NCBI GenBank assembly: GCA_003282105.1
Contig: QCAB01000002.1
Location: forward strand, 7,119 to 71,118
DNA: 64,000 nt
Direction: 5' to 3'
Source of the DNA: SAR86 cluster bacterium AG-339-G14
GTDB lineage: Bacteria; Pseudomonadota; Gammaproteobacteria; Magnimaribacterales; AG-339-G14
Both the position numbers and the translations under genes were made by a program. Under the pieces are notes generated by a model that had not been told where the DNA came from, ran no database searches, and was given only the letters and a program-made list of their open reading frames with translations. Positions 57,730-64,000 of the stretch are shown one piece after another; positions within the stretch are counted from its first letter, which is position 1; each line of letters begins with the position of its first letter.

Positions 57730-60700
57730 ATGCCTAGAAGAAAAGATATTAGCTCTATATTGATAATTGGAGCTGGTCCTATTGTAATAGGCCAAGCCTG
57801 TGAATTTGATTACTCGGGTGTTCAAGCTTGTAAAGCTTTAAAAGAGGAAGGTTTCAGAGTTATCTTGGTTAACTCTAATCCGGCTACAATTATGACTGAT
57901 CCAGAATTAGCTGATTCTACTTATATAGAGCCTATAAATTGGAGATCCTTAAAACAAATAATTTCTAAAGAAAGACCGGATGCAATTTTACCCACCATGG
58001 GTGGACAAACAGGCCTTAATGCAGCTCTCGATCTAAACAAACATGGAGTTTTAAAGGAATTCGATGTTGAGCTGATAGGTGCTACAAAAGAAGCAATTGA
58101 TAAAGCCGAGGATAGAGAACTTTTTGCTTCATGCATGAAAAAAATTGGCCTAAAAACACCAAAAGCTGGACTTGCTCATAATCTTTTGGAAGCGCAAAAA
58201 ATTTTAGACCAAGTAGGCTTTCCTTGTATTATCCGTCCAAATTTCACTATGGGAGGATCTGGAAGTGGAATTGCATATAATCCGGATGAATTTGAAGAAA
58301 TTTGTGAAAGGGGACTTGATCTTTCTCCAACATCTGAACTTTATATTGACCAATATTTATCCGGCTGGAAAGAATACGAAATGGAAGTAGTCAGAGACAA
58401 AGCAGACAACTGCATAATAATATGCAGCATAGAAAATTTTGATCCAATGGGGGTTCATACTGGTGATTCCATTACTGTAGCTCCAGCTCAAACCTTAACT
58501 GATAAGGAATATCAAAAAATGCGAAATGCTTCTATGGCAATATTAAGAGAAATAGGTGTTGAAACAGGAGGTTCGAATGTTCAATTTTCTATAAATCCTA
58601 AAAATGGCGAAATGGTCATTATTGAAATGAATCCTAGAGTTTCAAGATCTTCAGCTCTTGCTTCAAAAGCTACAGGATTTCCAATAGCTAAAATAGCAGC
58701 AAAGTTGGCGGTAGGATTCACCTTAGATGAGTTAAAAAATGATATCAGTGATGATGGAATTCCCGCCTCTTTTGAGCCCACAATAGATTACGTGGTCACA
58801 AAGATTCCAAGGTTCAATTTCGAAAAGTTTCCAGGTGCAGATGAAATTTTAACTTCGCAGATGAAATCTGTAGGCGAAGTGATGGCCATTGGCTCTTCAT
58901 TTCAAGAATCCTTTCAAAAAGCGATTAGAGGTTTAGAAATTGGGAAGAGTGGATTAGAGGAGTTTGACACGAAGCCGACGAAAACCGAAATTAGATCTAA
59001 ATTAATTTCTCCTTCTCCTGAAAGGATTTTTTATATTGCTGAAGCTTTCAGAAGAGGTTATGAAGTTGAAGAAATTTATGAAGCATCAGGAATTGACCCT
59101 TGGTTTTTAAGTGAATTACAAGAGCTAGTAAGCTATGAAAACTTGATAAAGAAAAAAGGATTTTTGGAAAACGATTTTGATTTTCTTGGTGCGAAAAAAA
59201 GAGGTTTTTCTGATCAAAGAATATCTCAATTATTAAATATTAATGAAGTAGAAGTAAGAAATACTCGAAAAAGTTTGAATATAAATCCAGTTTTCAAAAG
59301 AGTCGATACATGTGGAGCTGAATTTAGAACATCTACTGCCTACATGTATTCTACTTATCAGGATGAGTGCGAGGCAGAACCCTCTAAAAATAAAAAAATT
59401 ATGGTTTTGGGAGGAGGGCCAAATAGGATTGGACAAGGCATAGAATTTGATTATTGTTGTGTTCACGCCGCTCAAGCTCTCAAAGAAGACGGTTACGAAA
59501 CTATTATGGTTAATTGTAACCCCGAAACAGTTTCCACCGATTATGACACTTCCGACCGCTTATATTTTGAGCCAATTACACTTGAAGACGTCATTGAAAT
59601 AGTTGAACTTGAAAAACCAATAGGTTTGATTGTTCAATATGGTGGACAAACCCCTCTAAAGCTTGCAAACGAACTTGACAATTTGGGCGTTCCAATTTTG
59701 GGCACATCTCCAGATCAAATAGATTTAGCTGAAGATAGAGAAAGATTTTTAAATTTTGTAGAAAAATATGATCTGTCTCAACCACCAAATGGAATGGCTT
59801 CAAATGAAACAGAAGCTATCGAAGTTGCAACTTTAATAGGATTCCCATTGGTTGTAAGACCTTCCTATGTTCTAGGGGGAAGAGCCATGGAAATCGTATA
59901 CGATGAAGAAGATCTTAAAAAATATTTAAGCAGCGCTTTTCAAGTTAATGATTCCAATCCTGTACTATTGGATAGGTTTTTAGATGTAGCAATTGAATTT
60001 GATGTTGAAGCAATTAGCGATGGAAAAGAATTTGTCATTTGCGGAATCCTTCAACATATAGAACAAGCTGGAGTCCATTCTGGCGATTCCGCATGTTCAA
60101 TTCCTCCCTACGATATTTCAAAAGAGGCAATTAATAAGATTGAAGTTGAAGTTGAAAAGGTAATATCCAATATGAAAATAATTGGCTTAGTTAACGTTCA
60201 ATTGGCCTACGTTAATAACAAAGTTTATATATTAGAAGTAAACCCTAGAGCTTCTAGAACTATTCCTTTTGTTTCGAAGGCATTAGGCGTTCCTCTAGCA
60301 AGGGTGGCTGCGAGGGTAATGGCTGGTAAAAGTTTAAAAGATTTAAAATTTCAAAATGTACCAAACTTAGAAGGGTTTTTTGTGAAAGAAGCTGTGATGC
60401 CATTCAGTAAATTTCAAAACGTAGATCCTATACTTGGCCCAGAAATGAGATCTACAGGTGAAGTAATGGGAATAGGGAATTCATTTGCAGAGGCTTTTGA
60501 AAAAGCAGAGGTTGGCGCAGGAGTAGAAATTCCAAAAAAAGGATCGGTTTTTATAAGCGTAAGGGACACAGATAAACAATTTTTATCTGAAATAGTACCT
60601 TCGTTGGTTGAAGAAGATTTCAACTTAATTGCAACTAAAGGAACCGCGAGTGTTATAAAAAATATGGGCTTTAAAGTAAGCCAAATAAAAAAAGTTATAG

Positions 60701-60921
60701 AAGGAAGGCCAAATATAGTAGATTTGATGAAAAATAAAGAAGTCAATCTTGTTATAAACACAACAGAGGGCAGAGAATCAATTTTAGATTCTGCTTCAAT
60801 AAGAAGAACTGCATTAGATGAAAAAATTTGTTGCACTACAACTATTAAAGGCGCAAAAGCTATTTGTGAAGTAATTACGAAAAAGGTTGATTGGTCTTAT
60901 AGAAAATTACAAGATATGTAG
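57730..60921 (+). CDS. carB: Carbamoyl-phosphate synthase large subunit
   Basis: 1063 aa. Duplicated ATP-grasp halves ([21 protein letters not shown] / [20 protein letters not shown]) and a C-terminal MGS-like domain. Confidence 0.97.
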   Translation: MPRRKDISSILIIGAGPIVIGQACEFDYSGVQACKALKEEGFRVILVNSNPATIMTDPELADSTYIEPINWRSLKQIISKERPDAILPTMGGQTGLNAALDLNKHGVLKEFDVELIGATKEAIDKAEDRELFASCMKKIGLKTPKAGLAHNLLEAQKILDQVGFPCIIRPNFTMGGSGSGIAYNPDEFEEICERGLDLSPTSELYIDQYLSGWKEYEMEVVRDKADNCIIICSIENFDPMGVHTGDSITVAPAQTLTDKEYQKMRNASMAILREIGVETGGSNVQFSINPKNGEMVIIEMNPRVSRSSALASKATGFPIAKIAAKLAVGFTLDELKNDISDDGIPASFEPTIDYVVTKIPRFNFEKFPGADEILTSQMKSVGEVMAIGSSFQESFQKAIRGLEIGKSGLEEFDTKPTKTEIRSKLISPSPERIFYIAEAFRRGYEVEEIYEASGIDPWFLSELQELVSYENLIKKKGFLENDFDFLGAKKRGFSDQRISQLLNINEVEVRNTRKSLNINPVFKRVDTCGAEFRTSTAYMYSTYQDECEAEPSKNKKIMVLGGGPNRIGQGIEFDYCCVHAAQALKEDGYETIMVNCNPETVSTDYDTSDRLYFEPITLEDVIEIVELEKPIGLIVQYGGQTPLKLANELDNLGVPILGTSPDQIDLAEDRERFLNFVEKYDLSQPPNGMASNETEAIEVATLIGFPLVVRPSYVLGGRAMEIVYDEEDLKKYLSSAFQVNDSNPVLLDRFLDVAIEFDVEAISDGKEFVICGILQHIEQAGVHSGDSACSIPPYDISKEAINKIEVEVEKVISNMKIIGLVNVQLAYVNNKVYILEVNPRASRTIPFVSKALGVPLARVAARVMAGKSLKDLKFQNVPNLEGFFVKEAVMPFSKFQNVDPILGPEMRSTGEVMGIGNSFAEAFEKAEVGAGVEIPKKGSVFISVRDTDKQFLSEIVPSLVEEDFNLIATKGTASVIKNMGFKVSQIKKVIEGRPNIVDLMKNKEVNLVINTTEGRESILDSASIRRTALDEKICCTTTIKGAKAICEVITKKVDWSYRKLQDM

Positions 60922-60927
60922 TTGATT

Positions 60928-61404
60928 ATGTCTGACAGAGAGCCCATGACTAAAGAAGGAGAGGTCGCTTTGCAAGAAGAGCTTCAAAAACTTTTAACTG
61001 AAAGGCCAAAAATATCAAAAGCCATCGCAGAAGCCAGAGAATTTGGTGATCTTAAAGAAAATGCTGAATACCATGCAGCAAAGGAACAACAAGGTCTAGC
61101 AGAGGCTAGGATTAGAGAAGTAGAATCTAAGCTATCCAGATCTCAAGTAATAGAGGTAAAGAATATCCCAGAATCCGGAAGAATTATATTTGGAGCAACT
61201 GTTACACTTTTTGAAATGAGCTCAGAAAAAGAGGTGACCTATAAAATTGTTGGTGAGGATGAAGCCGATGTAAAAAAAGGTAAAATATCTTATTCATCTC
61301 CTATTTCTAAGGCGCTTATAGGTAAAGAAGAAGGCGAAATTATAAAGTTTGAAACTCCCTCAGGATTCAAAGAATATGAGATAGTATCCACAAAACATTC
61401 TTAA
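60928..61404 (+). CDS. greA: Transcription elongation factor GreA
   Basis: 158 aa from ATG 60928 (the E. coli length). Coiled-coil N-terminus with [19 protein letters not shown] and C-terminal [14 protein letters not shown]. The ORF-track TTG at 60922 is rejected. Confidence 0.93.
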   Translation: MSDREPMTKEGEVALQEELQKLLTERPKISKAIAEAREFGDLKENAEYHAAKEQQGLAEARIREVESKLSRSQVIEVKNIPESGRIIFGATVTLFEMSSEKEVTYKIVGEDEADVKKGKISYSSPISKALIGKEEGEIIKFETPSGFKEYEIVSTKHS

Positions 61405-61410
61405 ATCTTC

Positions 61411-61989
61411 ATGACAAAACATGCATCTTATTCAAAGGGAGAAAAATATAATTCTCTATCAAAAAAAGAGGGTTTTAGATCTAGGGCTGCTTATAAATTA
61501 ATTCAGATACAAAAACAAAATAAAATTATTAAGGTTGGAGATAAAGTTCTTGATATTGGTTCTTCTCCAGGCGGTTGGAGTCAGGTAGTAAGTAACATTC
61601 TAGGTGATTCAGGTTCAATAATTGCAATAGATGTTTTGCCGATGAAAAAAATAAAAAACGTAAATTTTTTTCAAATTGACTTAAAAGATATTCACAAGAT
61701 CAATTTAAATAAGGTATCTATTGTTTTATCTGATATCGCCCCCAATATAAGTGGAGTGAGTATAATTGACACTGAAAACATGAAATCCTTATTAGAAATA
61801 GAGATAAGTATAGTAGACAATTTTCTGAAAATTGGTGGAAAATACTTATGTAAATGTTTTGAGGGTGATTCTATGAATTTTTTAAAAAATGAATTGAAAA
61901 ATCGCTTCCGAAAAATTAAAAGAATAAAACCTGATGCTTCAAGATCAACTTCGAAAGAATGTTACATTTTGGGTATCGATAAATTATAG
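61411..61989 (+). CDS. rlmE: 23S rRNA 2'-O-ribose U2552 methyltransferase
   Basis: RSRAAYKLIQIQ, SAM motif DIGSSPGGWSQV, and VLSDIAPNISG. rlmE-ftsH-folP synteny. Confidence 0.92.
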   Translation: MTKHASYSKGEKYNSLSKKEGFRSRAAYKLIQIQKQNKIIKVGDKVLDIGSSPGGWSQVVSNILGDSGSIIAIDVLPMKKIKNVNFFQIDLKDIHKINLNKVSIVLSDIAPNISGVSIIDTENMKSLLEIEISIVDNFLKIGGKYLCKCFEGDSMNFLKNELKNRFRKIKRIKPDASRSTSKECYILGIDKL

Positions 61990-62003
61990 ATTTATAAAAT
62001 ATT

Positions 62004-63914
62004 ATGTCCCAATTTTTAAGAAACACTTTTATCTGGCTTTTCATTGCTGGAGCAACTTTTTTTGCTTTACAAAACTTTAATCAAGGTCCGGGTTCAGAAA
62101 ATATTACGTACTCAGAGTTCGTATCTCTTGTAAATAAAGACCAAATAGCCAGTGTTTCATTTGAAGGAGATGGATATTCTATCAATGGTTTCAAAGAAGA
62201 CGGAACCTCTTTCAAAACCACAAGGCCAATTTATGTTCAAGACAACCAGTTAATGGACGATTTGTTTGAACACCAAGTTGAAGTTTTTGGTGAAGAGCCT
62301 CAAACAGAAAGCATTTGGACTCAGCTACTGGTTGCTAGCTTTCCAATTTTAATAATATTGGCTATCTTCTTTTTCTTCATGCGCCAGATGCAAGGAGGAA
62401 TGGGAGGCCGAGGCGGGCCAATGAGTTTTGGTAAAAGCAAAGCAAAAATGCTTGAAGGAGGAAAAGTAAAAACTACTTTTAAAGATGTTGCTGGTGTTGA
62501 AGAGGCTAAAGAAGAAGTCCAAGAATTGGTTGATTTTTTAAAAGATCCCTCAAAATTTCAAAGATTGGGTGGAAAAATTCCCAGAGGTATTTTGATGAGC
62601 GGTTCTCCAGGAACTGGTAAAACTCTTTTAGCTAGAGCTATAGCAGGAGAAGCACAAGTTCCATTTTTCTCTATTTCTGGTTCAGATTTCGTTGAGATGT
62701 TTGTCGGTGTTGGTGCCTCAAGAGTTAGAGACATGTTTGAGCAAGCCAAAAGGCAAGCTCCGTGCATAGTTTTCATTGATGAAATCGATGCTGTAGGAAG
62801 ACACAGAGGAGCCGGTCTTGGTGGTGGCCATGACGAAAGAGAACAAACACTTAATCAGCTTTTAGTAGAAATGGACGGATTTGAGGCAAATGAAGGAATC
62901 ATTATTATCGCCGCTACTAATAGACCGGATGTTCTGGACCCGGCTTTATTAAGACCAGGAAGATTTGACAGACAGGTTGTAGTTCCTTTACCTGACATCA
63001 GAGGGAGAGAACAAATTCTTAAAGTGCATTGTAGAAATGTCCCAATCTCTGAGGACGTTGAAGTTTCATACATCGCTAGAGGAACTCCAGGTTTTTCTGG
63101 TGCCGATTTAGCAAACTTAGTTAACGAAGCTGCGTTATTTTCAGCCAGATCAGGAAAGAAAAAAGTAACTATGAATGAGTTAGAACTTGCAAAAGATAAA
63201 GTAATGATGGGCGCTGAGAGAAAGTCTATGGTTATGTCTTTGGAAGAGAAAACGAGAACTGCTTATCATGAAGCTGGTCATGCAATCATAGGAAGAGAGC
63301 TTGACGAGCATGATCCAGTTTATAAAGTTTCTATTATTCCTAGAGGAAGAGCGCTAGGGGTTACAGTATTCCTCCCAGAAGAAGACAGATATAGTCTAAG
63401 CAAACAAGGAATTCTCGATAGAATATGCGGTCTTTTCGGTGGCCGAATTGCCGAAGAACTAATTTATGGAGACAAAGGTGTAACTACTGGTGCCTCAAAT
63501 GATATTGAGAGAGCCACTGAACTTGCCAGGAATATGGTAACTAAATGGGGTTTATCCGAGAAATTAGGACCTATGAGATATGAAGATGAAAATGATGAAC
63601 CATTTCTTGGTAGATCGGCTTCAAACTCATCTACCGTCTTTTCAGATCAAACTGCAAAGTTAATTGATGAGGAGTCAAAGAAAATTATTGATAGATGCTA
63701 TAAAACCGCTACGGATCTTCTCAATAAAAACATTGAGAAACTTCACGCCATGGCGAAAGCGTTAGTTGAATTTGAGACATTAAATACTGACCAAATAGAC
63801 GACATTATGGCTGGAGCAAAACCTAGAGCTGGAGACTCAGACGACACTGATACAAAGGACTCTAGAAAGAAGAAACCTAACCCACCTATATCTGATCCAG
63901 CAAATCAAACTTAA
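62004..63914 (+). CDS. ftsH: ATP-dependent zinc metalloprotease FtsH
   Basis: Two N-terminal TM segments, Walker [12 protein letters not shown], Walker [10 protein letters not shown], an SRH region and a HEAGHAI zinc site. Confidence 0.97.
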   Translation: MSQFLRNTFIWLFIAGATFFALQNFNQGPGSENITYSEFVSLVNKDQIASVSFEGDGYSINGFKEDGTSFKTTRPIYVQDNQLMDDLFEHQVEVFGEEPQTESIWTQLLVASFPILIILAIFFFFMRQMQGGMGGRGGPMSFGKSKAKMLEGGKVKTTFKDVAGVEEAKEEVQELVDFLKDPSKFQRLGGKIPRGILMSGSPGTGKTLLARAIAGEAQVPFFSISGSDFVEMFVGVGASRVRDMFEQAKRQAPCIVFIDEIDAVGRHRGAGLGGGHDEREQTLNQLLVEMDGFEANEGIIIIAATNRPDVLDPALLRPGRFDRQVVVPLPDIRGREQILKVHCRNVPISEDVEVSYIARGTPGFSGADLANLVNEAALFSARSGKKKVTMNELELAKDKVMMGAERKSMVMSLEEKTRTAYHEAGHAIIGRELDEHDPVYKVSIIPRGRALGVTVFLPEEDRYSLSKQGILDRICGLFGGRIAEELIYGDKGVTTGASNDIERATELARNMVTKWGLSEKLGPMRYEDENDEPFLGRSASNSSTVFSDQTAKLIDEESKKIIDRCYKTATDLLNKNIEKLHAMAKALVEFETLNTDQIDDIMAGAKPRAGDSDDTDTKDSRKKKPNPPISDPANQT

Positions 63915-63922
63915 ATTTTAGA

Positions 63923-64000
63923 ATGCTTTTCGGAAACAAGGAGCTTATCTTTGATAAGCCTCTTGTCATGGGAATAATAAATATTACAACTGATTCTTTC
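63923..64000 (+). CDS. folP: Dihydropteroate synthase, 5' end only (runs off window)
   Basis: MLFGNKELIFDKPLVMGIINITTDSF matches the FolP N-terminus (E. coli ...HPHVMGILNVTPDSF). Follows ftsH as in E. coli. Confidence 0.8.
   Translation, partial: MLFGNKELIFDKPLVMGIINITTDSF

Noticed and set aside
60414-60836. 140-codon ORF antisense to the carB 3' region. The same applies to smaller antisense or out-of-frame ORFs at 847-1146, 18904-19233, 38812-39120 and 49819-50157.
   Set aside because: All lie within strongly supported conserved genes, and none has motifs, an SD or independent spacing. They are treated as shadow ORFs.
1-64000. Scanned for CRISPR arrays, IS or transposase genes, integrases, phage genes, toxin-antitoxin pairs, restriction or defence systems, rRNA and tRNA genes, riboswitch-sized leaders and biosynthetic clusters.
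   Set aside because: None found. Every ORF over 60 codons that is not a shadow ORF has a housekeeping assignment or is one of the small accessory genes listed. No spacer other than 22660-22838 and 56471-56602 exceeds 81 nt, and none of the 70-81-nt spacers has tRNA-like GC content or arms.

Overview
This is a chromosomal core segment of an AT-rich, strongly streamlined Gammaproteobacterium (roughly one-third G+C by eye). Gene order is Pseudomonas/E. coli-like, which fits a SAR86-like or other small marine gamma lineage, but the lineage cannot be proven from this window. I call 66 protein genes, including a partial rpmD at the 5' edge, a partial folP at the 3' edge, and rpmJ, which is missing from the ORF track. 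There is also one tmRNA (ssrA) and a few regulatory candidates. Content: the end of the spc/alpha ribosomal operons (rplO-secY-rpmJ-rpsM-rpsK-rpsD-rpoA-rplQ), then uvrA/ssb, fabAB, rplU-rpmA-obg-proB and rpsT. Next come dcp, ssrA, smpB, an NSS transporter with an SRD5A-like reductase, bamE/fur, grpE-dnaK-dnaJ-dapB and the long rpsB-to-tilS envelope/replication cluster. The remainder is leuA, a HolD-like ORF with rimI, tas, valS-holC-pepA, lptFG, an RDD-dapD-dapC-map operon, carAB, greA, rlmE, ftsH and folP. By my tally from the coordinates only about 1.1 kb of 64 kb is non-genic. I found no CRISPR array, IS element, integrase, prophage, toxin-antitoxin pair, defence system or biosynthetic cluster, so I see no evidence of an accessory island or a new multi-gene system. 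The observations most worth follow-up are modest: a terminator-like attenuator plus a 27-codon uORF in the carA leader, a minimal 97-aa HolD (psi)-like ORF upstream of rimI, and a cold-shock-domain protein with an N-terminal two-helix membrane anchor. Others are the coupled NSS transporter/SRD5A-like pair, the cross-joined dapB|rpsB and map|carA junctions, and seven convergent gene pairs that all abut or overlap.
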